From: Octopus sinensis
Lineage: Eukaryota
Direction: 5' to 3'
Length of the DNA: 64,000 nucleotides
Assembly (NCBI RefSeq): GCF_006345805.1
Contig: NC_043004.1
Coordinates: forward strand, 54,808,001-54,872,000
Positions 26,969 through 38,992 of this stretch are shown piece by piece (position 1 is the stretch's first letter; each line of letters starts with the position of its first letter). The position numbers and the translations under genes were made by a program. The notes beneath the pieces were generated by a model. The model had not been told where the DNA came from and did no database searches. It saw nothing but the letters and a program-made list of their open reading frames with translations.

Positions 26969-27927
26969 CTGTTTTAATTATTTAAAGTTGTCCTGTAAAT
27001 AAGGAGCTGGTTTCTAACAAAGATACAAAGACACAAACCTCCATTTTTGGATGTAGATGACAATTTTGATTTTACGAAAAGGCTTGCATATTTCTACTGT
27101 TCCACTTTTTGCTGAAAATCCAGTTTTATCCAGATTGCTACAGGTATTTACAAACAAACCCAAGTGAACTAATAATTATTTGTGTAATTGTGAATTTATT
27201 ATCTGGGTTTAAAAGCTGAAAATTTCGGAGCAGTTGTATGTATGTATGTATGTCCGTACGTATGTATGTCGTAGCGATATGAAACTTCCGGTATTGCATA
27301 ACTGAGGTGAGTTATAGTAGTCGACTTAAGTCGCTACATATTTACTATAAATATTTTGCACTAAGTTATTTCCTTTGGTTTGACCACAAATACTAAGATT
27401 AGTTTTCCAAAGCAATTATTGAAATAAATATTACTGGTTTAGTGAATTTGATTATATATTTAACTGACTGGAGTTAAGATTGGGAGAAATATGAAGGGAA
27501 ACGCATAAAGGTTAACTAGTTGAAATGAAGAGATTGTGAATCTAAGGGGAAAGTATAAAGGTTAAAGAAGTGAAAGCATGAGATAATAGATCATCAAATG
27601 TTGGTAATATGTGATATAATGTGTTGACAGCAGGTGTTGGCAATGTAATTAGTAGGGATTCTAGAGGTAAAGAATGAATACATCTTAGGTGATATGCAGT
27701 ATAAATTTTCATAACTATATTCACACCTTTCAAACCAAATTTAGCGCTGGCATCAGAAATATTATGCAATTCACATGCATTCCAACGTGATTAGATTATA
27801 CACACTGAGAGACGTATATACTTTCACACATATAAGTACAACTGTCCGTCTGAAAGAGCTTTGTTTCTGGCTTAGAATTCGTTTCTCCGTTGCTAAAATA
27901 TTTCAGAAATAAGCTAAAACAATCATA

Positions 27928-28292
27928 TCTATTATATAAAATCCTTTCTGTCTGTCTATCTGTCTGTCTGTCTGTCTGTCTTCTATGATCTCGGGCATCC
28001 TCGATCCGATTGCGCTCAAATTTGATATGTAGATACCGACAGTATCAGTGCGTGTATAAGTCTTGAAAAAATTACAAAAATCGATTCCAGGTGAGAATGC
28101 GATCGATAAAGCCGTGGGAACGTGCATTTGTACGCGCAAGTACATAAGCTGTTGCGTTATTTCTTCTTTTGCTGGTCTCTCAAATTTAGATTAAATCAGT
28201 GTTTCTCAAAGATAAGGCCTATGTTTTGAGAAAATTTGGTTTAAATGTTTGACAACTCAGCACCGTCCATTGGACGGGGGGCGTTTTGCTTG
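27928..28292 (+). mobile_element. Non-autonomous Helitron-like element
   Basis: Begins A|TCTATTATATAAAA, carries an internal (CTGT)n, has a 3' hairpin CCGTCC-ATT-GGACGG (28263-28277) and ends CTTG|T. A related copy lies at 59280-59663. Confidence 0.75.
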
Positions 28293-29124
28293 TATACATA
28301 TATACATATGTTCTTACATACGTACATTCATGGTGATTGCTCCATCTTCACAGGTAATTGCTATCTGCTTGTGCTTCCTTGTTGTCTATGGCATTTCTGA
28401 TTTTCCATCCATGACCTCTCAGTCCCGTTACAGATTTGAGTGGTTTGAAGCATAGGTGTGACTGACGAAAGTTGTAACAATGTGCATTTCCAACTTGTTA
28501 GGTCAGCACACGCTGTCACTCTTCTATCGCCATTGGACTTTCAGTATACAGAATGACAAATGAGGTTACAAATTTGTACATTGTTAGACTATAGTGTTAA
28601 ACGCTTGTATAATGAGAGTACGTTTCGCTGAGTCTCTGTAATTACTGTCTAGTGACAGGCTAAAGTGAAATTACCATCATTCACGTGAAACCGCTGGTTT
28701 TACATCAGTGTTTCTTTCCTAGAGGGATGCTGTGACAACAGCTATAGGTCTCTCCCTTCCGGTGGTTTTACTGCATACGTACATATATATGTAATACATA
28801 CATAGAAACCAGCATTCACAAATGCGTACGAACACACACATACATTCATACATATATATAACATAACATAATTATTCTCACATATACACCTACATACAGG
28901 CAAACATATACATACATACATACATACATTCACCTCTTAAATAGTCCTCATCTTTTAAATTTAGAACTGTATTATTTATACATTCATTCATGTACGCATG
29001 GATACATACATACGCGAAACAGTGAAAATATACATGAATATTCTCAAGTTTAAAATGTGAGTTTGCTATTGTTTTTTGTTCTTGTGCATACCAAAAGGTA
29101 GTAGGTAGCGAACTTCTTCACTAC

Positions 29125-32100
29125 TTCAGGGAGTGACGACCCTGCCTGACACGAGTTCCGGGCTCAGCTGGCTCCGGCTGACAGTACCCGGTATGGGCCC
29201 CTATCCAGGGTTACGGAAAGGAGACAACCTTCAAAGAAATCCGGAGTGGAGCCCCGAAGGCGGTCTAGTGTTCGACTTGACACTCTTCCGGCAGCTCCTG
29301 CAACCAAGCTGGTGCCAAACGTAATGCACTGCACTCCACTGGACTACATCAGCAAGGTCGAGAGAGGAAACCTGACGATTGGGCTACCCAGGACTTTCTT
29401 ACCTATAGCCCAGGTCTGCGCAAAACTGGGGAGGACACTTCAGTGCTGCTGTAAAAAGCTGCAGAAACAACACGGGAGGTAACAGTCACGAGTGATAAGT
29501 CCATTCAGATTGGCGTAAAATATGGGCGCTACGGGTTACCTCTGACGGTGGGAGGGACTTCCGTGTCCTATTGGTTAGCTACTGCCCACCTCAAGCTGGG
29601 CAGCCCCCAGTTAATAAGGTGCTGACCCGCCACAAGCCGCCTGCTCCATTGGGTGCTTGGAGCTAAGAGTACGACTCGAAAAGCGACCTGCAACCTCTGC
29701 ACCAGGCAAGCAACTAAAAGTCAAGAAAACACCAGTTCTGCGGTTGGCAAGCTGGAATGTCAGGACCATGTGTCCTGGAATATCTGATGATCTTCTCAGG
29801 ATTGAAGACACAAGGAAAACGGCCATCATTGACCGTGAACTAAAGAGGCTCAACATAGATATTGCTGGGCTGCAGGAGACAAGACTTCCCTCAAACGGCA
29901 AACTCAAAGAGCAGGACTTCACCTTCTTTTAGCAGGGAAGAGATCCAGAAGAACCTCGTCAACATGGCGTTGGCTTTGCAGTGAGAAACTCACTACTCTC
30001 CTCAATAGAACCACCATCGGGAGGCACTGAGCGTATCCTCTCACTGCGCCTCTCGACTTCTTCTGGCTCAGTACATCTGCTCAGCATCTATGCTCCCACT
30101 CTCTACAGCTCAGAGGAGACCAAGGACCAGTTCTACAAAGATCTCAACTGTGTCATAGAAAATATACCAACGACTGAAAATATCTACCTTCTAGGGGATT
30201 TTAACGCTCGCGTGGGATCTGACCATGATTCGTGGCCCATTTGTGTTGGACACTTTGGTATTGGCAACATGAATGACAACGGTCAGAGACTACTCGAATT
30301 CTGCACATACCACAACTTGTGCATCACAAACACATTCTTTACCAACAAGCCATCCCACAAGGCATCCTGGAGACATCCAAGATCTCACTACTGGCATCAG
30401 CTGGATCTCATCATTACACGGAGATCCTTTCTGAATTCTACTCTATTGACCCGCAGTTACCACAGCGCGGATTGTGACACAGACCACTCTCTAATTAGAA
30501 GCAGGGTGAGGATTCTGCCTAAAAAAGTTCATCGCTCCAAGAAAGTGGGCCGACCACGCATCAACACCGCCAGAACCTCGGACCCTACACTGCGAATATG
30601 TTTTGCTGCTTCTATCAAGGTTGCCCTCAGTAGCTGCCCAACCTCCTCTGCTGAAAGTAGGTGGGACTATATCAGGGAAGCCTTGTATACGACATCATTG
30701 GATACTTTCGGCATGAGAGAAAGGCAAAACCCAGATTGGTTCAATGCTGGGCTCTCAGAGCTGGAGCCAGTTATCGAAACAAAGCGTGCAGCTCTGGTGC
30801 AATACAAGAGTGACTCTTCTACAAAGTCACTCGAAGAACTCAGAAAGGCACGAAATAAAACCCAACTGACAGCCAGACGCTGTGCAAATAGGTATTGGCA
30901 GGAAATCTGTCAGAGTATCCAGTCAGCTCCTGACAGGGGCGACACCCGTGGGATGTATGCCGGTTTGAAGAAGGCCCTCGGTCCATCCGCAACCAAGTCA
31001 GCCCCTCTGAAATCAACTACTGGAGATCTCATCAAGGATCAAGGTAAGCAAATGGGTAGATGGGTGGAGCACTACCAGGATCTCTACTCACGGGAGACCA
31101 CAGTGGCTGAGGCTGCAGTCGAGAGTGTCAAGATCTTGCCAGTCATGTGCGAACTTGACAGTCCGCCATCTATAGCAGAGCTCACCAAGGCTGTTGACTC
31201 CCTAGCAAGAAATAAGGCTCCGGAAAAAGACGGCATCCCCTCAGAGATCATCAAAGCCGGCAAAAACACCATCCTGCTTCGGCACCTTCATGAGCTTCTG
31301 TGTCAGTGCTGGGAAGAGGGTACAGTTCCTCAGGATATGCGGGATGCCAACATCATTACGCTTTACAAAAACAAAGGTGACCGTGGTGATTGTAACAATT
31401 ACCGTGGTATATCCCTTCTAAGCACTGTTGGAAAGACCTTTGCACGCGTTATCCTGGCCAGGCTACAACTACTTGCTTCTCGAATCTATCCGGAATCGCA
31501 GTGTGGCTTTAGAAGAAGCAGATCAACTATCGATATGATATTCTCCATACGCCAACTTCAGGAGAAGTCCAGAGAGCAGAAAATGCCATTATATATGGCC
31601 TTCATTGATCTAACAAAGGCTTTTGACTCGGTAAGCAGAACAGGCCTCTTCCTCCTGCTCCAAAAAATCGGATGTCCACCAAAGCTGCTGAGGATCATCA
31701 AGTCTTTCCATGATGACATGCAAGGCACCATACAGCACAACGGTTCAACATCAGCCGCCTTCCAAATAAAAAACGAGGTAAAGCAAGGCTGTGTCCTCGC
31801 TCCTACATTGTTTGGCATCTTCTTCTCACTCTTACTTTCACATGCCTTTCAGACATCAGATGATGGAGTGTTTCTGCACAGTAGAAGTGACGGGAAACTG
31901 TTCAATCTCTCGCGCCTGCGTGCCAAGACCAAAATTAGAAACGTCCTGATCAAGGAGATGTTATTTGCTGATGATGCCGCTCTGGTAACACACACAGAAG
32001 AAGCCCTCCAAAGGCTCATTAACTGTTTTGAGCAAGCATGTAACGACTTTGGCTTAGCTATCAGCCTTAAGAAGACCAACATCATGGGCCAGGCTACATC

Positions 32101-32995
32101 GGACATCCCAAACATACATATTGGAGACCACAGATTACAAGAGGTGAAGAAGTTTACCTATCTGGGCTCTACCGTCACCTACAACCTATCCCTTGACGCT
32201 GAGCTCAATATACGCATTGGCAAGGCAGCTGCTGCGATGGCCCAACTCTCCAAACGGGCTTGGGACAACAATAAGCTGACCAAGACCACGAAAATGAAGA
32301 TCTACCAGGCATGTGTACTCAGCACTCTACTGTATGGAAGCGAGACCTGGACGCTATACACACGCCAAGAGCGTCGCCTAAACATCTTTCACCTGCGCTG
32401 ACTCCGAAAAATCCTCCGCATCAAATGGCAGAATCATATCCCCAACAAAGATTCCTCAGGCAAGCAGGAATACCAAGCATGTTTGCACTCCTCACACAAA
32501 GACGTATGAGATGGCTTGGGCATGTTAGCCGTATGAAAGATGGCAGAATCCCCAAGGACATACTCTACGGAGAGCTTGCTAGGGGTACTAGGTCTGTGGG
32601 TAGACCGATCTTACGTTACAGGGATGTTTGCAAAAGGGATATGAAGGCCTGCAAACATCAATATTAGCGGTTGGGAGGCAGTTGCCGGCAACCGTGGAGA
32701 ATGGCGACGTACAGTAAAAGAGGGAATACAAAAGAGTGACACAGAGAGAGAGGAAAAATGGAAAGAAAGGAAGAGACGTAAACAAGAGACCATGGCACTA
32801 CAACCAGCCAGGAGCAGTTTTCGCTACATTTGCGGTACCTGCCAGAGGGAGTGTTTGTCTAGTATAGGACTACACAGCCACAGCAGGAAATGTATCAGGA
32901 CATGAAATATAAAAGCCGGACTAGACTCCAAAGAAAAACAAAAAAAACATGCGCAACTCCATTGTCTCCCGAGACAGAAAGGATGCCAATACATA
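29125..32995 (+). mobile_element. Near-full-length RTE-clade LINE
   Basis: GC-rich 5' UTR, single APE-RT coding region, and an RTE-like 3' tail (..GTCTCCCGAGACAGAAAGGATGCC). Confidence 0.92.
29657..32905 (+). pseudogene. RTE ORF (APE endonuclease + RT + C-terminal zinc finger) with few disruptions
   Basis: LASWNVRTM, LQETRL, LGDFNARVG, DTDHSLI, NYRGISLL, FIDLTKAFD, VKQGCVLAP, LFADD, CGTCQRECLSSIGLHSH. In-frame stops at about 29930 and 32399, plus frameshifts near the 3' end. The main open block is 806 aa. Confidence 0.93.
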
Positions 32996-33189
32996 CCAAC
33001 GTTGGAGTTATGTATCGTTGTGAGAAACCAGAGCATTCCTTGCTGAGAATTTTAAATAATCAAAACTAGAAGAGGACCATACATAGAGTTATTTACCATA
33101 CATGTATACATGCTTTCCTGCAAATTTGATATGTATATATATAGATAGATAGATACATACATACATACATACATACATACATACATACA

Positions 33190-33255
<66 letters not shown>

Positions 33256-33258
<3 letters not shown>

Positions 33259-33527
33259 AATCAATATAGGGTGGCAAAAAATTTCGCAGAATTTTTTTGC
33301 CACCAGTGGCCTAATGGGAAAAAAGTAAATAGTCATAGACCATTTATAAATTTAACAGCAAAATTAAGGAACGGCCATAATAGGCCATTCAACCCACTAG
33401 AAATAACAGCCAAAATTTAAATGCTGTTAAATTTATAAATGGTCTATGACTATTTACTTTTTTCCCACTAGGCCGCTGGTGGCAAAAAAATTCTGCGAAA
33501 TATTTTGCCACCCTATATTGATTAATT
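33256..33527. repeat. Inverted repeat, ~105-bp arms (33256-33360 / 33422-33527)
   Basis: Direct reverse-complement match with a few mismatches. Confidence 0.9.
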
Positions 33528-33909
33528 ATGAATTTTCTGTTTAATTCCGTAATGGAATCGGCAGCTTATATTTGCTGCCGATAAATTTGGCGCGAGTGCG
33601 ATGATTTGAAAATTTTAGGTCAGATATTGCAGAGACAGTAGTGGAGCTGCCTCGTGTAAATATCTGCCCCGATCTGGCTGACTTCACTGATGTATCTACC
33701 GGCCTATGGAAGATTAGCTTGATTTAATTTAATCAGGTTGATTTACCATTAAAGAATAGACGAAACGATGCATCGTATAAAGTATTACAGGGTAAATGTT
33801 TTTTAATTTTCTCCTGGTTTACGGAATTAATATTGTTTTGCGGTTGAAGCTTTGGCTGTTATTTCTAGTGGGTTGAATGGCCTATTATGGCCGTTCCTTA
33901 ATTTTGCTG
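33357..33909. mobile_element. Putative MITE with ~58-bp terminal inverted repeats (33357-33414 / 33851-33909)
   Basis: CAGCAAAATTAAGGAACGGCC...ACAGCCAAA matches its reverse complement. No clear TSD. Confidence 0.5.
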
Positions 33910-33930
33910 CTATATATATATATATATATA

Positions 33931-34981
33931 TTTAGTGTAGGAAGAAATGGAGCTGAACGAAGATTTAACAAAATTCCTTTTTATTATTTTCTACATATGT
34001 TTCAAAGGCTGCAAAGTCCCTAATTCGGATTGAATAAGGAGTCCATTTTGCAGCCTTCTCTTCAGGAAAATCCAGGAACTTAATTCTCCAACAAAATGCA
34101 CAGCAAGCTTTTCGACAACGCTCACGAGGAGCCCATGAAATAAATGGCACAAACTGTCTATCTATATGCGTTGACGCCAGGCTGGGTGAAAGCAGACGAG
34201 AAGGTCCGTTGAGATAATTCAAGGTCAAAATCCGGTTAGCAGAAGGGGAGTACAGGAAAATCAAAGAGTGTGAATGTATTCTGTATGACTGGTGTTAATA
34301 TTTGAATTATTTTAAGAATGAGTGCTAGAGTGTTTGAGTGTGAGAAATTGCTTTCATGTATGTGTGTGTGCGTCTATGTATGTGTGGCAGTGTGTTTCGA
34401 AGGCAGCAAGAGGGAGAGATATAGCAGGTATTAATGGTCAAGCAACAGAAAAGGCTGTGTCTGTGTGTTCGTATGTAACCACTTGATAGAGAGAGGGGGT
34501 GTCCACAATGGTCATGGCAGGATACAGTGCTGCTATCAGGGATGTCAGCAGTTCTAGACAACTAGCAGTTCTTATACTAACAGGGAAGGGATATCCCCTT
34601 ACAAATTTAATTCAAATTTTTTTCAATTTTCTTAGGAAATCAAGGGGTTAACTATATTAGACTTATTGGTATGAGAGAAATGTATGCCGTTTCCAGTGGG
34701 GGCATCTGAAAGAATTTTGCACAATCGAGCCTGGCGTCAACGCATATAGATAGACAGTTTGTGCCATTTATTCCATGGGCTCCTCGTGAGCGTTTGTCGA
34801 AAAGCTTGCTGTGCATTTTGTTGGAGAATTAAGTTCCTGGATTTTCCTGAAGAGAAGGCTGCAAAATGGACTCCTTATTCAATCCGAATTAGGGACTTTG
34901 CAGCCTTTGAAACATATGTAGAAAATAATAAAAAGGAATTTTGTAAAATCTTCGTTCAGCTCCATTTCTTCCTACACTAAA
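33931..34981. mobile_element. Long-TIR (fold-back/MITE) element with ~253-bp arms
   Basis: Arms 33931-34183 and 34728-34981 are near-identical reverse complements; TA lies on both sides. Confidence 0.8.
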
Positions 34982-35132
34982 TATATAAAACTTCAAATTT
35001 CCGCACTAAGGCACGGTTTTTAGGCCCCATGGTCGTAACCTCAACCGTGCTTTTTCTGTTGTGATTTTTGCTACCCAGGTATCGGTTATCATTTGAATTA
35101 TCCGTAATAAGATAATTCATTTATCTACTTTA

Positions 35133-35179
<47 letters not shown>

Positions 35180-35360
35180 TATTATATATATATATATATA
35201 ATATATATATATAAATTATTAGAGAGTTAACTCTCTAATAATTTATGTATAAATTTGTATTTTCTCCGTAGTTTTTTGTGCTAAGCCACTTGGTGTTAAA
35301 TTGATGGTATTATTAAATTAATATCGATTTTTCACCCTCATTTATAATATATATATATAT

Positions 35361-35556
35361 ATTCTTTTATTCTTTTATTTGTTTCTGTCATTAGACTGCT
35401 GCCATGATGGAGCACCGCCTTTAGTTGTACAAATCGACCCCCAAGACTTAAGCCTTGTACTTATCCTATCGTTCAATGTTGCCGAACCGCTAAGTTACGG
35501 GGACGTAAACACACCACCATTGGTTGCCAAGTGATTGTGGGGGGAACAAACACAGA

Positions 35557-35610
<54 letters not shown>

Positions 35611-35780
35611 TATATACGACAGGCTTCTTTCAGTTTCCGTCTACCAAATCCACTCACAAGGCTTTGGTCGGCCCAAGGCTATAGTAGAAGACACTTGCCC
35701 AAGGTGCTGCGTAATGGGACTGGACTCAGAACCATGTGTTTAGTAAGCAAGCTACTTACCACACAGCCACTCCTGCGCCT
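35361..35780 (-). mobile_element. SINE family A, full length
   Basis: AGGCGCAGGAGTGGCTGTGTGGTAAG head; matches the other copies. Confidence 0.9.
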
Positions 35781-35822
35781 ATAGATTCCTATATACATTC
35801 ATACATACATCTTGTATATGCA

Positions 35823-35860
<38 letters not shown>

Positions 35861-35888
35861 CATTATTATTATTAATATTATTATTATT

Positions 35889-36076
35889 GAGTGAGAGAGC
35901 AGTGCATGCCATCAAAGTGACACTGGGGTAAAATATACAAAGCCCAGTATACCCATCATGACTACCCGTCTGATAAGGGTACACCAGGCACATGCATCAC
36001 AACCATATGTGCGCGACATGGTGATCTCATATCAAGATAAACAGCACATGACCTTGCAGGTGGGGCCCAGTTAGAA

Positions 36077-36080
<4 letters not shown>
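35889..36080 (-). mobile_element. 5'-truncated copy of the TAA-embedded non-coding retroposon
   Basis: Reverse complement of the 3' part of 14587-15161; (TTA)n on both sides. Confidence 0.85.
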
Positions 36081-36153
<73 letters not shown>

Positions 36154-36410
36154 ATTAAGAGTATTGAGAAGCAACATCTACACACTAGAGATAGACGTCA
36201 AAAGACTCTAAAGACCACTGTTAAGATCAATAATTGATTTTATCCTTAATTATATATGCATATATATTTATTTATTAACTCCGATTCTGATATTTACTGC
36301 GGTATTATCTTGATCAAATACGCACGAAATGAATAATCGGACTTACGTCGTATATACGTGTGGATATATGTATATATTTACATATATACGAATGTACTTG
36401 TATGAGAATG

Positions 36411-36514
<104 letters not shown>

Positions 36515-36649
36515 GTACATATGTATATGTACAAATGTATATATGTTGGAATGTATGCATGCATATTATTACTTGTATGTCTTTGTAGGTGCTTATACAT
36601 ATATGTGTGTGTCTGTATGTGTGTGTATATATATATCTATATATATTCA

Positions 36650-36810
36650 CGTTCGATTTCTGGCTTATAATACAAATTACTTTACCGTCATCAGTAGAAT
36701 ATACCAGAAGTACATATAAATATATGTACCAACATATATTTATATGTACTTCTGGTATATTCTACTGATGACGGTAAAGTAATTTGTATTATTAAACCAG
36801 AAATCGAACG
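36650..36810. repeat. Near-perfect hairpin, ~78-bp arms, 4-nt loop (ACCA, 36728-36731)
   Basis: One mismatch and one indel between the arms. Confidence 0.92.
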
Positions 36811-36819
36811 TTCTAGAAT
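36759..36819 (+). ncRNA. Type-I hammerhead-ribozyme-like motif (two deviations)
   Basis: Stem I ATTCTA/TAGAAT, core CTGATGA, extended stem II, GAAA, and a UUC triplet. Confidence 0.5.
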
Positions 36820-37751
36820 TAACCTCAAAATTTTACTAAATCTCTTTTATTCATTTACACGCCTTCAGCCTTGTACTTATGGAGTGTAATTTGAAGTGGT
36901 TTTTAGAGTCTTTTGACGTCTAGCTCTAGCGGGTAGGTTGCTGTTTCTCAGTACCCTAAATTATAAATATATCTATATGATTATATATTCATATCAATAT
37001 TTACTTATATGGTTTTTATTAGATGCTACATGCTGGCCACTCATAATATCATTAATTGATTTTATCCTTAATTATGCATATATATAACTAGCCCTCATAG
37101 TGAATATATATACATATATATATACACACACATACAGACACACACATATATATATATAAGCACCTACAAAGACATACAAGTAATAATATGCATCCATACA
37201 TTCCACCATATATACATATGTACATACATAATTTTTTTTAAGCGCATGCTCACTGAATGCTTCTACCGTGCTCACATGTATCGCCATTTTATTTACAACT
37301 TCTTCTGAGTTTCCGTTTACAAAATCTCACACAAGTTAAAATGCCGTTGACAGTTTTGTGTATTTATAATTGTGACAAAATTTAATCTGGTTAGAAAATC
37401 AATCATCACAGTAAAAGTAGTATAATTTTCAGTTATAAAGTATTTTTTTGATACTTTGCTTTTTTTTTTTGACTAGTGGGTTATAGTTATTTATTGTTGT
37501 TTTTTTTGTTGCTTTTTCCAATATTTATAGTAGGCTTTTTTATGTATATAAAATACTGATTTATTTTTCATTTCACTTATTTAGTTCATCATCATTGTCG
37601 TCGTCGTTGTGGTCGTCGTCATCGTTGTCGCTGTCATCTTTATCATCATCATCATCATCATTTTCATAAACATCATCTACATCTTCAGCATCATCACCAT
37701 CATTATCATTGTTATCATCACCGCCGTCGTCACGTCATCATCATCATCATT

Positions 37752-37786
<35 letters not shown>

Positions 37787-37918
37787 ATCATCATCATCAT
37801 TATCATCATCATTATCGTTTTTATCATTTTTATTAATCTTCATCATTATTACTATTCTCACTACCACAGCCACTACCATTAATTATCGATATTATAATTG
37901 TTGACAGGTGCAACGTTT

Positions 37919-37956
<38 letters not shown>

Positions 37957-38332
37957 TGTTGTTGTTGTTGTTGTCGTAGTCGGTGTTGTTATTGTTTTTG
38001 TTGTTGATCTTGTCGTTGTTGATATACTAATTTATTTTTAAACATTTCCTCCAGCAACCGGGATTATGTTTAGATAATTCCTACACTCTTCGCCCTTCGG
38101 ATCCCATTATGTCAAAATATTTATAATCCCATTTGTGATGTAAACTAGAAACATGTCATTAAAGCTTAGATATGCAAGCTTTAATTATACATTATTTTTC
38201 GATAATTACATATAATCTTTATAGCCACATATCTTAAGATATGTCATAACTATCCTATATACCGGTTGTAAGTAATATTCCTCTTTATATAGCTTTATAC
38301 ATGACTATATTCCATATATAAGAGAATATATT

Positions 38333-38540
38333 CTTTTCTACTCTGGGAACAAGGCCCGAAATTTTGGGAGAGAGGACCAGTCGATTAGATCGACCCCCAA
38401 CTAGTACTTAATTTATCAACCCCGAAAGGATGAAAGGCAAAGTTGACCTCGGCGGAATTTGGACTCAGAACATGAAGACAGACGAAATACCGCTAAGCAT
38501 TTCACACGGCGTGCAAATGTTTCTGCCAGCTCGCCACCTT
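38333..38540 (-). mobile_element. SINE family B-related copy with TSD
   Basis: TSD TATAAGAGAA(T/C)ATATT at 38317-38332 and 38542-38557. Confidence 0.88.
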
Positions 38541-38870
38541 GTATAAGAGAACATATTACTATAACTGTTGCAATTTTAGAGTGTTTTATAGAAACTGACA
38601 GCTGCTATTACTGTGATTGAAACTATGATATATCTAGTGTTCTTGGCACACAATCCATTTCCTATCTCTGCACTGCATCTTTCATACATGACAATTTCTT
38701 ACGTTCACTAACCACATTTTACAGCTTATATGATTAAAGAATATTAGAAAATACTTCACACTTTTTCTTCAATACGTATGGAAGCTTAGGAACCATCAGT
38801 TGAAAAATTCTTGAATTCCTTGGAGCATCGTTATTATAGCCACATTGTACTTAATGAAGACTACGCTTAC

Positions 38871-38992
38871 CTGAAAAGTTCTATATTAAAACATATAGTG
38901 TCATTTAACTGGGGATTAGCTCTCTCATCAAAGTGGTCGTTATTGGAGAAAATTTCTTTTGGATAGCTTAAGTATACTTGAAAATCCATGGT
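38871..38992 (-). CDS. Candidate coding exon of an unidentified host gene (TMDFQVYLSYPKEIFSNNDHFDERANPQLNDTICFNIELF)
   Basis: Acceptor ttttccatcattag|, donor CAG|gtaagc; only one frame is open over 122 AT-rich nt; contains ACCATGG. No homology was confirmed. Confidence 0.35.

Noticed and set aside
27903-28145. Repeated 63-80 aa ORF (also 59469-59660)
   Set aside because: It is the body of a non-autonomous Helitron family.
29540-29635. HDV-like ribozyme in the RTE 5' UTR (hairpins GGAC/GTCC and CTGCCCA/TGGGCAG; GGTGGG could pair with CCCGCC after GCTGA)
   Set aside because: I could not place a P1 helix or P1.1 pairing by hand. An RNArobo/Infernal HDV search would settle it.
33965-34980. Similar peptides FPEEKA..W.PY.IRI in ORFs at 33965, 34759, 51659 and 51809
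   Set aside because: Explained by the shared non-coding TIR sequence read on both strands; no evidence of coding constraint.
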